The position numbers and the translations under genes were made by a program. Below the pieces are notes generated by a model. It saw nothing but the letters and a program-made list of their open reading frames with translations. It had not been told where the DNA came from and searched no databases. From positions 47,710-111,709 of the forward strand of contig JAIUPL010000013.1 in NCBI GenBank assembly GCA_020160935.1: a DNA stretch of 64,000 bases. The letters run 5' to 3'. Origin of the DNA: Bacteroidota bacterium (GTDB lineage Bacteria > Bacteroidota > Bacteroidia > Chitinophagales > Saprospiraceae). Of the stretch, positions 34,368 through 46,300 are shown in pieces. The stretch's first letter is position 1; each line of letters begins with the position of its first letter.

Positions 34368-35810
34368 ATGTCCACCAATATACGCCAACTCGAACCCACC
34401 GCACCCTGGAACGCCTTTGCCGACCTCAACGCGGTGCCCCGCGCTTCCAAACGCGAAGAACGCATCTCTAAATGGGTACAAGATTTCGGCCGCAAACACG
34501 GCCTCGAAGTACTCACCGATGATTTTGGAAATGTCATTATCAAAAAACCGGCTTCTCCAGGCCATGAAAAAAGCCCCGTGACCATCCTGCAAGGCCACCT
34601 CGATATGGTGCACTCCAAAAATGCAGGCGTCGATTTCAACTTCGATACCCAGGGCATCGATATGTATGTAGACGGCGACTGGGTACGCGCCCGGGGCACT
34701 ACGCTCGGGGCCGACAACGGACTGGGTGTAGCGGCTATTCTGGCGGTGCTGGCATCCAAAGACATTGCGCATCCGCCCCTGGAAGCGCTGTTTACCCTCG
34801 ACGAAGAACAAGGACTTGGCGGCGCCAAAAACCTGGGCAAAGGCCTGCTCAAAGGCAAACTCCTGCTCAACCTCGATACCGAAGAAGACCACGTGCTCAC
34901 CATCGGCTGCGCCGGCGGCGTGGATACGCTGATCGACTGGAACTACAAGGAAGAAGCCGCACCCGCTTCCATGAAAACCTTTCTGGTGCAGGTACGCAAC
35001 CTGCAAGGCGGCCACAGCGGCATGGATATTCACCGTGGCCGTGGCAATGCCAACAAAATCCTGACCCGTGTACTCATGGCCTGCACACCGGCGGGACTTC
35101 GCATTTCTGCTTTCGACGGCGGCAATTTGCGCAATGAAATTCCGCGCGAAGCCAAAGCGTGGGTAGCCGTGAAAAACGAGAAGCGTTTTCAAAAACTGCT
35201 CAAAGCCGCTGCCAAAGAACTCGGCACGGAATTTAAAACCGTAGAACCGCTGCTCGATATCAGCGCCACAGAAGCGCCACTGCCCGGCAAACTAATGCGG
35301 AAAAACGATCAGGCCAAATTCCTGCATGCCGTCCGCGCCGTTCACAACGGCGTTTTCCGCATGAGCCCCGACATTCCCGGACTCGTGGAAGCATCCAGCA
35401 ACCTGGCCAAAATCAGCCTGCGCGACGGGCATCTAAAAATCGGCTCGCTGCAACGCAGTTCCGTCGAATCCAGCAAAGCAGATGTGGCCGCTGCCTTCCG
35501 CGCACCGTTCGACCTGATCGGGGCGGAAGTGGAATTGGCCAATGCCTATCCTGGCTGGCAGCCCAACCCGAAATCCAAACTCGTGCAAAAGATGTCGGGT
35601 ATCTATCAGAAAATGTTCGGCGATGCGCCCGTCATCGAAGCCTGCCATGCCGGCCTGGAATGTGGTATCATCGGCGAATCGTATCCGGGCCTCGACATGG
35701 TGTCGTTCGGGCCGCTGATCGAAGGCGCCCACAGCCCCGACGAGCGGGCGTCGGTGGAGAGTTTCCGGAAATTCTGGGGATTTTATTTGGCGGTGCTGGG
35801 GGAGATTTGA
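34368..35810 (+). CDS. pepD: aminoacyl-histidine (Xaa-His) dipeptidase, peptidase M20C
   Basis: Collinear with remembered E. coli PepD: LEPTAPWNAFADLNAVPR, ILQGHLDMVHSKN, VRARGTTLGADNGLGVAA, LFTLDEEQGLGGA, GCAGG, HAGLECG, GAHSPDERA. Confidence 0.92.
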   Translation: MSTNIRQLEPTAPWNAFADLNAVPRASKREERISKWVQDFGRKHGLEVLTDDFGNVIIKKPASPGHEKSPVTILQGHLDMVHSKNAGVDFNFDTQGIDMYVDGDWVRARGTTLGADNGLGVAAILAVLASKDIAHPPLEALFTLDEEQGLGGAKNLGKGLLKGKLLLNLDTEEDHVLTIGCAGGVDTLIDWNYKEEAAPASMKTFLVQVRNLQGGHSGMDIHRGRGNANKILTRVLMACTPAGLRISAFDGGNLRNEIPREAKAWVAVKNEKRFQKLLKAAAKELGTEFKTVEPLLDISATEAPLPGKLMRKNDQAKFLHAVRAVHNGVFRMSPDIPGLVEASSNLAKISLRDGHLKIGSLQRSSVESSKADVAAAFRAPFDLIGAEVELANAYPGWQPNPKSKLVQKMSGIYQKMFGDAPVIEACHAGLECGIIGESYPGLDMVSFGPLIEGAHSPDERASVESFRKFWGFYLAVLGEI

Positions 35811-35986
35811 GTTGAGGGGTTGAGGGGTTGAGGGGTTGAGGGGTTGAGAGGTTGAGGGGTTGAGATTCAACAACTCAGCAGCAGGAGAGATATTTTGCAT
35901 CACACGAGTGGCTGAATCTCAACTCCTCAACCCCCTCAACTACTCAACTCCTCAACCCCTCAACTCCTCAACCCACCTCATCAACC
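35811..35986. repeat. inverted pair of 8-bp tandem arrays: 7 x GTTGAGGG, ~50-nt spacer, 7 x (N)CCTCAAC
   Basis: The left array 35811-35866 has an exact 8-nt period and starts at the first nt after the pepD TGA. On the right, CTCAAC occurs at 35918, 26, 35, 43, 51, 59 and 67. The left array contains four consecutive GGGG runs spaced by TTGA. Confidence 0.9.
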
Positions 35987-36161
35987 CCAAAAAACATGAG
36001 CCATCCCGAACACACGGAATGACTCATATTCGTAGAACCGTAATTACTACGCCCCCTTTGTATTATCTTCTTCCTTTAAGCGCCCCCTTCCATTGAAGAG
36101 GACGCCATTCACTGGATGTAAAGTTGCAGGAAACAGGAAGCAAAAGAGGTTTGCTGGTGTT

Positions 36162-36191
36162 GCAAAATGGTTCGATGGTGTTGCATTTTGC
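36162..36191 (-). terminator. 8-bp-stem hairpin just downstream of the hybrid kinase gene
   Basis: gcaaaatg (36162-36169) pairs with cattttgc (36184-36191), with a 14-nt loop. There is no clear U-tract. Confidence 0.2.
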
Positions 36192-36193
36192 TT

Positions 36194-39100
36194 TTACACC
36201 TCGCTGGGTGACATGCCAAAACGTTCTTTAAAAGCGGTAGAAAAGTATTTGGAATTGCCAAAGCCTACTTTCCAGGCTATTTCGCCGACGTTGCCGGCTT
36301 GTGCCTGCAGCATTTCCATGGCGCGGTCGAGGCGGTAGTTGCGCAGGAATATTCCGGCCGACTGCCCGGTGAGTGCCGACATTTTGCGGTGCAATTGTGA
36401 GCGGCTCATCGTCATTTTTCGCGCCAGGTCTTCTACACTCAGGTTTTCGTTGTCGATTTCCTGTTCTACTGCCGCCCGGAGTCTTTCAATAAATCGCTGG
36501 TCGATCGCCGAGAATTCCGCTGCCGGGGCCGGCGCATCCGATTCCAGTGTGGGTGCAGCATCGGCCCCGCCCTGTGTGTCTACTTTGCCGGAATATTTTT
36601 CCTGAAGCCGGCGCCGACCCTCCAGCAGGTTATCGATCCATGCCAGCAATTCTTCGGTTTGAAAGGGTTTGCCGAGATAAGCATCTGCACCGTGTTGCAA
36701 GCCCTCGATCCTGTTTTGCAGGGCGGTCCGGGAAGTCAGCAGCAGTACTGGAATATGACTGGTAATTTCACCTTGCTTGATCATGTCAAGCAGTTGAATG
36801 CCATCTGTATGCGGCATAAAAATGTCGGACACTACAATATCCGGAACCCTTTGGCGCGCCAGTTCGATGGCTTGCCGACCATCGGGTGCTTCCAGCACTT
36901 CGTACGATTCGGACAGGGTGCGGACTAAAAATGCGCGCAATTCTTCATTGTCTTCTGCCAGCAAAAGCAGGGGCCGCTCGCTCGGTTCGGCAGGGAGATT
37001 TGTATCGCTTTTTTCAATGGATACATATGGTACCGGTACTTGTTGCGAAACCGCCGGGAGGGGCGAGCGCTCCACCCAATCGGGTTGGGTACGCAACGGC
37101 AATACAACCCCAAACACAGCGCCATACCCCGCTTTGCTCTCCACATGGATGCGCCCTCCCATGAGCGTAGTCAGTTCGCGGCACAAAGCAAGCCCGATAC
37201 CCGTACCTGCCTGTGTATATTCCGTTGATTCCTGTGCCTGATAAAACCGGTCGAAAATACGGGGCAAATCTGCTGCTGCGATGCCCGGGCCATTGTCGAT
37301 TACAAGAATCGTGATTTCATCCGCCGCCTCATCGTGTTCGTCGTGCATGCACTGAGCCACTACGCGCACGGCTCCTCCAGAAGGCGTAAATTTCAAGGCA
37401 TTGGAAACAAGGTTGAAACAGATTTTCTCCACTTTATCAGCATCAAAATTTCCCCTTATATCGGTTGGCAGGTCGAGCGACAGGTCGATCTGTTTGTTTA
37501 GGGCGGCCCCGACGAAGGAATCGACTACCGGCCGAAGGATATCACTTATCCATCCCGGTTTATATTCGGGTTGCATGGCGCCGCTTTCTATTTTGGCCAG
37601 GTCGAGCAGTTCATTGACCAATTGAAGCAGTTTCTGGCTATTTCTTTCTGCCAGCCCGATATTGGAAAGCCATTCCGACTGCTGAGGCATTTTCAGTGCC
37701 TGTCGGAGTGGTTCGATGATCAGGGTGAGCGGCGTTCTGAATTCGTGGGCAACATTGGCAAAAAAGTTGGTTTTCATTTGTTCCAGTGCCCGGATGCGTT
37801 CGCTTTCCCGTTGTTCGAAGGCCACCTGTGCTTTTAATCGAATGGAACGTATGTGTTCGCGGTACACCAGCCAGACGATCGCGCAGGCCGTAATGATGTA
37901 CATCAGCCAGGCCCAGCGGGTTCGCCACCACGGTGGCAACACGACCACTTTTATTTCCACGGCCTCGTTGTTCCAGGCGCCGTCGCTATTGCTTCCCTGT
38001 ACCCGAAAAGTGTAGGTTCCCGGCGCCAGGTGCGTATAATGAGCAAAATGTTTTTCGCGGGCCTCCACCCATTCCTTTTCCAGTGGCAGCAGTTGGTAGC
38101 GGTAGTGGTTTTTAGCCGGATCGGTAAAGTCGAGCGCTGCAAATTCAAAGGAAATATTGTTTTGATCCGGTTGCAATTCGAGTTCACGAAGGTACTCCGA
38201 TGGCGCTGGCAACCCATTGGCATCAGGGGAAAACCTGGCCGCCTGGTGGTTGATTTCTATTCCAACGATCCGTACCTGGGGCGGCTGGTCATTTAATTCC
38301 AGCATTTCGGGGTAAAAACGGTTGAGGCCATCCACCCCGCCGAACAGCAATGCCCCGTCAGAGGATTTATAAAAAGCCTGCGTATTGAACTCATTCCCCT
38401 GCAAGCCATCGGCTCGGGTAAAAACTTTTACATCGGCCACCTGGTCATCTCGCATGGTCAGCCGGAATAGTCCCCGATTGGTGCTACCCCAAAAATGCCC
38501 CGCCCGGTCGGTCAATATGCCATAAACGACATTATTGGGCAGCCCCTGGTCGGTCGTGATATACTGTACCTTTCCGGTTTTTATATCAAAAATGTTGATT
38601 CCTCCTCCTTTCGTGCCTATCCATAAGCGTTGGTCAGGGGCAACGGGATCGGGCAAAATACAAGCAATAGAGTTGTTGTTTAAACCTTCCTTTTCCGAAC
38701 CCACTGCTTTAAACAATTGAAAATCAATTGAATTTGCCTTTACCACACCTTTTACCAAACCCAGTGACGTGCCTGCCCAAATATCTCCATTTCCATCTTC
38801 CACCAATGCAATGATTTGAACGGAAGTAGCCTGTTGGTCAAACAATTTTCCGAAATCATAGGCCTCTATGTTACCCGTGGCAGGGTCGCAACGCAGCAGA
38901 CGCCCCGAGGTGCCCGACACCCAGATTTGTCCTTTTGAAGTACGCATCAGGCGCGCATATGGGTAGCGGTCAATAGCGATCGGATAGACCGCTGCCAGGG
39001 CGCCATCGGCACGATAATGCCGCAATTCGCTTCGATTGACTACCCCTTCCCTCAATCCGCACAACAGCCAGTAATCGCCTGAAGGTTCGAACAGCAGGTC

Positions 39101-40333
39101 GTTTTGTTGTGGTAAAGCATCCGGAAAAGCCGATTGGGAAGAAAGTGTCTGCGTAGCCGGATTGAAATACACCATCTTGTTGAACAACTTGCACAAAATG
39201 CGCTGTTGCGGGTCCTGCCATACGCCCCAAATGCTTGTTCCTTTTACACTTGCATGGAACATGGATTTGCGCGGCACGATCTTCCGAAGCCCGTACCCCA
39301 GTGTGCCGATCCACAGATTGCCCTGTTTGTCTATTTCGAGGGTGTTGGCTGGTTTGTCGAGGCTGTACGCTGGTTTGGACAAATCGATCTCACCATGCGG
39401 GTCTATATGCCACAGTTTTTTTTCAAACAGCATCCATATTTTGCCCGCAGCATCCAGTTTCAGTACTGAAGTGGTACCAATTTCCTGATGAGGCCCAAAT
39501 TCATAAAATCTGTATTGTCCATTTTTTATACTGAAAATGCCATCGTGGTGCCCTCCCCATATATCCCCATTGCTTGTTTGCAACAAGGTATGTACCGACT
39601 TTTTCAGCCCATTTGTAAGTGTAAGCGACTTAGCGACAAATGAATTGAAGTCAATTTTATATGCACCTCTGGACGACCCTACCCAGATACTGCCGTCTGT
39701 TTGTTCGAACAAGTCAGCATATTCTTCCTGTAGCGCCTTCCCTGGTTCTTTGGAGGGCGGCGGGAATTGAATTGTTTGCAACTTGAACCAGTTGGTCAAA
39801 TCAGGGGTGTCAGGCAGACTGGATGGTGTATTTGCCGGGATGGTAATGCAAAACACCCCGGCGCCTCTGTTGGCGATCCAGATACGGCCAAGGCTATCCT
39901 CTATCATGTCGAGTACATCAAACAGAACTTGCTTTTCCTGTGCACCCTGTGCGGGCAATGCCAGGTGAAAAAACCGCTGCGTTTTCCGGTCAAACAGGTT
40001 GATCGTCTGGTTTTCGCCGCCTACCCAAATCCAGCCCCGGCTGTCTTCCAGCAGTCTTGTTACGGTGTTATCGGAAATACTGAAGGGATCATGGGGATTG
40101 TTGACCCATACTTTGAAATTGTAACCATCATATCTGTTGAGTCCGTCTTTGGTGCCGACCCACAAAAAACCGTCGCGTGTTTGCAGCACGTCATACACCA
40201 TCCCCTGCGAAAGTCCCTGCTCGATCGTCAGGGCTTCCGGCGCTTGCGTCTGGCTAATTATTTTACTTGGAAGCAAGGTGATGCATGCCCACAACAAGGC
40301 AATACGCCACCGGCGTCCTGAAAGAGGTTTCAT
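36194..40333 (-). CDS. hybrid two-component system sensor kinase/response regulator with AraC-type output (HTCS)
   Basis: Periplasmic two-component-regulator-propeller-type repeats (LWVGTKDGLNRYDG, IWIGTLGYGLRK, LWIGTKGGGINIFD), Y_Y_Y-like region, TM WAWLMYIITACAIVWLVY, H-box FFANVAHEFRTPL, ATPase DNGPGI / GTGIGLAL, receiver LLLAEDNEEL...VSDIFMPHTDG, AraC HTH at the C-terminus. ATG 40333 is preferred; a GTG lies at 40339. Confidence 0.92.
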   Translation of the reverse strand: MKPLSGRRWRIALLWACITLLPSKIISQTQAPEALTIEQGLSQGMVYDVLQTRDGFLWVGTKDGLNRYDGYNFKVWVNNPHDPFSISDNTVTRLLEDSRGWIWVGGENQTINLFDRKTQRFFHLALPAQGAQEKQVLFDVLDMIEDSLGRIWIANRGAGVFCITIPANTPSSLPDTPDLTNWFKLQTIQFPPPSKEPGKALQEEYADLFEQTDGSIWVGSSRGAYKIDFNSFVAKSLTLTNGLKKSVHTLLQTSNGDIWGGHHDGIFSIKNGQYRFYEFGPHQEIGTTSVLKLDAAGKIWMLFEKKLWHIDPHGEIDLSKPAYSLDKPANTLEIDKQGNLWIGTLGYGLRKIVPRKSMFHASVKGTSIWGVWQDPQQRILCKLFNKMVYFNPATQTLSSQSAFPDALPQQNDLLFEPSGDYWLLCGLREGVVNRSELRHYRADGALAAVYPIAIDRYPYARLMRTSKGQIWVSGTSGRLLRCDPATGNIEAYDFGKLFDQQATSVQIIALVEDGNGDIWAGTSLGLVKGVVKANSIDFQLFKAVGSEKEGLNNNSIACILPDPVAPDQRLWIGTKGGGINIFDIKTGKVQYITTDQGLPNNVVYGILTDRAGHFWGSTNRGLFRLTMRDDQVADVKVFTRADGLQGNEFNTQAFYKSSDGALLFGGVDGLNRFYPEMLELNDQPPQVRIVGIEINHQAARFSPDANGLPAPSEYLRELELQPDQNNISFEFAALDFTDPAKNHYRYQLLPLEKEWVEAREKHFAHYTHLAPGTYTFRVQGSNSDGAWNNEAVEIKVVVLPPWWRTRWAWLMYIITACAIVWLVYREHIRSIRLKAQVAFEQRESERIRALEQMKTNFFANVAHEFRTPLTLIIEPLRQALKMPQQSEWLSNIGLAERNSQKLLQLVNELLDLAKIESGAMQPEYKPGWISDILRPVVDSFVGAALNKQIDLSLDLPTDIRGNFDADKVEKICFNLVSNALKFTPSGGAVRVVAQCMHDEHDEAADEITILVIDNGPGIAAADLPRIFDRFYQAQESTEYTQAGTGIGLALCRELTTLMGGRIHVESKAGYGAVFGVVLPLRTQPDWVERSPLPAVSQQVPVPYVSIEKSDTNLPAEPSERPLLLLAEDNEELRAFLVRTLSESYEVLEAPDGRQAIELARQRVPDIVVSDIFMPHTDGIQLLDMIKQGEITSHIPVLLLTSRTALQNRIEGLQHGADAYLGKPFQTEELLAWIDNLLEGRRRLQEKYSGKVDTQGGADAAPTLESDAPAPAAEFSAIDQRFIERLRAAVEQEIDNENLSVEDLARKMTMSRSQLHRKMSALTGQSAGIFLRNYRLDRAMEMLQAQAGNVGEIAWKVGFGNSKYFSTAFKERFGMSPSEV

Positions 40334-40360
40334 CTGCACGTACAGTAATTTTTCAGCCTC

Positions 40361-43300
40361 TTATCTCGACTGTATCATTTTTCTGGTTGCACGGTCTGTT
40401 GAGGTTTCTACCGTGTAATACATCATGCCGGGGGAGGGCAATAGTTGACGGTCAACTGCAAATGTATTATAACCTTTTAAAAATGAACCACTACGCGTCC
40501 ATATCAGTCGCCCTGTTTCGTCGAAGACGTTCAATGTTGCCTCGCTTGCTTCCGGCAAATGGAAACCGATCATGGTTTTATTGACAAACGGATTGGGCTC
40601 GTTTTGATACAATTCGAAACCAACACCGACGGTTGTCATCCCCGAAGGGGAACTGAATCGAAGGGCAATATCCATACGCTCATTGGCAAGGCTGTAGGCT
40701 TCCGCTTTTGTAATGCTGCCGGAAACACCCAGCATTTCCGACAGTCGGCCGGCTTTGGCAGCACGGATGGTTATTGTAAATTCATTGTCAGGCCCATCTA
40801 CAGAGGTAGTAATCGCATGCTCGAATACGCCGAAATTAGTGGATTTAATAGCGCCGCTCCCCGAAATATCCAGCACTTCGAGGTCTGCCAGGTGGAGGGT
40901 AAACTGATAGCCCTGTACAGTTTCGCTGCCTTTAAATGCAACGGATACTACCTCGCCTGCTTCGAGGGTTCGGTCGTCTACATCGAACAACAGTGTACTC
41001 GACGCGCGCTCTTCTGCTGTAAAGAGGGAATTGGCGATGACGGTATTGTTTACGTCACCAATTTTTACACTCACAAAGTCATCAGCCAGGTGATCCCACA
41101 TTACATTTTGAGCCGAAATATTTTCCGGGAATGGCTCCTGGAAGGGGTTGGACGGATCGGTAAATGCAAAATCCTTGTCCACAAAACGCCAGGAGGTGTT
41201 GTTGGGCAAATGGGTATAGATACCGAGAATGAGTTTGCGGAACTCTACAATATCAAATGTAGTAATCGAGCCCGAACGATTGGCGTCCGATGCGATCATT
41301 TTGTAAGGGCTGCTCAAGGGCTCCAGTCCCAGAATGTGCTTGGAAATCAGCACCAGGTCGTAGGTCGTCACACCGTTCAGCGGGTTGTCGTCTTTGGTAG
41401 GGGTCAGGGTGTAATTTCCGGCCGGGGGTATGGCATCAGCAAACATAAATGATCCCGTATTGTCGGAATACTGGGTTTGCAGACTTTGCGGATTACTTGC
41501 GCTGCTGATGGCCAGTTCTACGGTTGCATCTTCTACACCTTCGAGGGTTTCCGTAGCCAGTTTACCCGCCACGCTGGCATTAGTGACTTCGCAGCCTACG
41601 ATATTGGCTTGTACATTCACGTATGCGATGCAGAAGTCTGCATTGCCTGCTGCATCCTGCAGCCATACTTGTACTGGTACCATGGTACCCTGGTCAGCGC
41701 AAGTTACTACGATAGACTGTGGCAGGTCGGTTGGGAACTGGTTGCCCGGGTTCTCGTCCGCGCGGATAACCGCCAGTTTCTGCTCCAGAATCGGGTCAGG
41801 TGTGCAGTTGTCATCTCCATACAGGAAGAAGTCACTTGCCCACAGCGTAGCCATGCCACCTATCATCAGGTTAATGTTCACGTTGGCACAGGCCACCACC
41901 GGTGGTTTGCAGTCGCGGATTTCAAATGTTTTTTCGCATACGGCTTCGTTGCCGCAACCGTCTTCTGCGATCCATTTGATTTTGTGGCGTCCGTGTGCCA
42001 GTTCAGGATCGATCACGCTGCCTGCTGCATTGCGCCAGATAACGCGTGCACCGTTGGCAGTTTGTTCGATGTCGAAACGATACGTCTGGTTTCCAGCCAC
42101 CGCATCGAGCAGTTGGAGGCTTCCGCCGTGGTAATTAGGCGCCAGGTAGTTGTTATACCTGATCTGTCCGAGTGGTCGGGTAAAAATATCGGCACTGGAT
42201 ACGACCGTTTCCATGATACCATCACCATCCAGGTCAAGGAACAGCAGGTAGCGGAAGCGCAGACCGCCTGTGGGCGACAGCGTATCGCAGAAGTCTTCGG
42301 CTGTTACAGCGATGTTCGTAGATTTCTCGCACAGGTCGTGCTGCATCGTGCTATTATCCCACCAGTTGTCACCATCATTCCAGTAACGTGGGTTGTTCGT
42401 CGAGTAGTCGCAAGTGTCGATTTCAGCGCAGGTTATCGTTGGGGGCGTCTGGTCGATTATTTTTACGACCTGCTTGTATGTCAGGCAGTTTTCCGTAGTG
42501 GAGTTGTATGTTTTTTCAGGAGCCAGGCCTGTATTCGGGTTTACCGGATTGCGGGTTACCGGCGTGCAGGCATTATCAGGAAGGTAGGTACACCAGTTGA
42601 TAATCGTCCAGGTCCGCTCGATTTTGTAGCAAGCATCCGGCACCACCGTGAAAATCACGTCATTGTACGAGGTACCGATCAGTTCGCAACCTTCGTCATT
42701 TGTGATCACCGGTTTGCCAAAGTCTGGCGTGGTCACGCAGTTCACTAATTTATCGGCAGGGAACTGCACTGTGTACGCCTGTTGATTGGTAACCGTTATT
42801 CGTTGTGTGCAGGAACTGGAGAAGCCCTGGCAGTCCCATGCGGTGAAGCGACGAATGATAACACCGCGGTTGCAGGTCGTATCAAAATTCGCGTTCAGGA
42901 AGTTGTTATAGTACACTTTTTGGGTGGCGCCACAAACGCCCGGGATAGCAGCGGTACCACTCGGGATGCCGGATTGCCCCTGTGGATCAACGCTCGTTGG
43001 CGGTGTGTTGTCCAGGCAGCAATTGTCAGAAACAGACGGATAGCCGTAGGCCCACAGGCTTGGTTCGAAGTTCTCGCAGTTGATCGTTACAGGGGCTGGC
43101 GCCTGGCAGGTCGGTTTGATTTTGTCCTGTACTTCCACATTGATCATGCATTCGTTGTAGATGTACTGGATCGCACCATCCGGATCTGTCAGCGGGCTGC
43201 CGTCAGGGTTGCGGTAGTAGTCGCGGTTGCCATTGATGTCCAGTTGGTACACACGCAGGATCACTGTCTGGGTGGTACCTACTTCGCAGCAGTAGAATTT

Positions 43301-46300
43301 GATCGAGTCATTTTCCGTGGTGGCAACATTGTATTCGTAGCCGTCGCACAGCGGCGACAGGCCGTCGATGCACTCGGAGTATGTGCCGTCTGCTTCCGGC
43401 ATGCGGCGCACTGTAATTTCAAAATTATTGCAGTTGTCATGCGAACCCTGGTCGAAGGCCGTAGCCGGTACCCAGGTTACACCTCCAAACTGGCAGTCTT
43501 CCGTTGGCTCGTAGCAGTCTGTTGGATCATCCACACCGATGGCAACCGTTGTGAACTGTGTGCAAGTGGCTACTGGAGCCACGTCGTCTACTACTGTCAG
43601 CCAGAACGAAATCTGGTTGGTGTTGCCGCACACGTCTTCTGCCATGTACATCACCTGGTGGTGACCGATTGGCAGACATGGTGTGATGCCGTAGCGACCC
43701 AGTGTGTCACAATCCCAGAAGTTGTTGCCCGGGAAGGTCGACAGCGTGTTGCCGTTGATGTTGTACGTGCCGATGATTTGATCTGGCAGGTATTGGTCGT
43801 ACACCACTACCATGGCGCTGATAGAAGCCGTTGCAGAGCAAGCATCTTCTACGATGACGTCCGGCAGGTTCACCGTTGCGCAGCACTGGCTTGGGTTGGT
43901 CGAAACCGTCATGTCGCCAGGGGTAGCGATGGCCGGGCCTTCGTTGTCCACCACTTTGATCAACTGGTCGTGTTCGATGAACGTGTTCGTGCACCAGTCC
44001 AGTACTGTCCAGTGGCGCAGGATTTTGAATGTGCCCGGGCATACCTGGATGCGCGTGTCTTCTTTCTGGGCACCCAGGTTGCACAGACCTTCAGACTGAA
44101 TCTGGCAGTTGCCATTGTAGGTGATGATTTCGTACACGCCGTCCGCGTCGTTGCCATCAACGGTCGGTACACCTGTCACGCATGGTGAGGTGCTCGCAGT
44201 TTGGCCGCAGCCAGCGCATTCGATCGTGATGTCTTCCGGGAAGTTCACTTCGTCCAGGTCGTAGGGCTCCAGGTAGAACACCTGTGTGCACTGTGCAGAG
44301 TTACCCCAGGAATCTTTCGCTGTCCAGGTGCGTTCGATGCGGCTCACACCACATGCGCCACCATCGATGAACACGTCTTTTTTGTACAGGTTCGCGCCTG
44401 GTGCTGCAGGGTTTGTCACGATTGTAGTGATCGGGCCTTCGCAGCCATCCACCGCTACCGGTGCAGGTGTCAGGATCGAGCCGTTCAGGATGCCGTCTTT
44501 GTCGGCGCAGGTGTATGTGCAGGCATCGTCCGTGTTAGATGTACATGGGCATTGCAGCACCGGCGGCAGCTTGTCTTCCACCAGAATCGTACCCCAGCAA
44601 GAGTTGCCGGAAGGAATATGTACAACGCGCACAGCGTACGTATGGTGTACATCCGAAGGGCCCAGGATGCCTGGCTGCCAGGGGCCGTTACCCAAAGGCA
44701 GTGTCCGGTCGAGTTGCACCATGTAATCATCATAGCAGAGGTAAGTGCCTTCCAGAATATCATCCGGGTTCAACTCCAGGCTGCATGACTCATCGAGTGT
44801 AATGTGCAAATTGTCGTTACAAACCAGGTTGGAAGGAGTATTTACAACCGTAAACACCCGGCTAACCGAAGCAATACAACCTACATTCGGAGGCGCCAGC
44901 AAGCCTGCCGGGTTGCCTGCATCAAACTGGAATACCAGGGTATAGTTTCCAGCACTCAAGGTGCTAAAGTCCAGCGTAGTAACCCAATTATTGCTGTTTA
45001 CAGGCGTCTCAACCGTTGGAATGGGGTTTCCATTGAGGAAGAACTGTCCTGTACCATCAATGTTCGCGCCGGCTGTTCCGGAGAATACGCCATCAGCAGA
45101 ATTTGCACAGAAAACGCCTTCCGGACCAGTAATAACCGGATCAGGATAGTAGCAGGTATTGGAAATGGTCAGCGGGCTGTTCGGGAAGTAAACACTGGTA
45201 GCCGTCAGGGAGTAACCTACGCCATCCAGGTGTACACCTGGCAATACATAGATCACCTGTCCGCCACCCACGTTCACTTGTGTAAACGCAGTACCTGGCG
45301 CATACGGAGCATTGGTATTCGGATTGATCAGGGTTGTGCTTTGTACCACCCAGAGTTGGCCAGGGTTGGTCGGGCCGATCACCACTTCTTCCGAGAAGCG
45401 GCCGTTACCAAGGCAAGTACATGGGTCTGCAATATCCGGTCCACCGGAGTTGCCTATGGCAGGAGGCGTGCAGGCTGCAGAAGCAATCACATTAACCGTA
45501 CTGGTGCAGGTGCTGGTAAGGTTGGCTGGGTCTGTAACCGTCAGTGTCACCGTTACCGGGCCTACATTGGCACAGGTAAAGGAGTTGGGTGCAACGCTCA
45601 AATTGACGATGCTACAGTTGTCGGAACTGCCATTATTGATATTGGCAGCCGTGACGGAGCCCGTACCGCCCGCGTTCAGATTCAGATTGAAACTTGGTAC
45701 GCACTGTGCGCTCGGTGGCTGGTTGTCGACCACCTGCACAAAGTAACTGCAGGAAGAAGCGCCCGAGCCATCCGTGATGCGCCATTCCACTTCATAACGG
45801 CCCACTGCAAGGTTGACGCTGTTGGAAGCGGCCGGTGCGAATGCATTGTATGGGCCAGTTGGCACATTGGAGGCATCTACCGAACGATAGCGGAATTCCA
45901 GGGTGCCGCTGCCACAAACGCTGCTGGTTATTGGCTGTGTCAGCGTTACCGTAGCGTTGCACACGCCAGCGGCAGCATTGGTTGTAATATTGCCGGGGCA
46001 GGTAATTACCGGCAGGGCATCGTCGTTGGTGATGGTACCTATACCATCGAGTTGTGCGCCACCACCGCTGAAGGTGACGTTGCGGCCATTAGCGGTCAGG
46101 CTACCCAAACGTACAATAAACGTTTCGTTAGGCTCGATCGCACAATCGCCAATAATTGGAACGGAAACCGTCTTGGATGTTTGTCCAGGCGTGAAGGTCT
46201 GCGAACCGTTGGTAAGCGTATAGTCGTTATTAGCCGTAGTGGCCGTACCATCTACAGTAAAATTATTCAGGTCTACGTTGGCATCTACAGGATTGTTCAT

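Noticed and set aside
34308-35192. 294-aa minus-strand ORF
   Set aside because: It is antisense to pepD, which aligns collinearly with known PepD.
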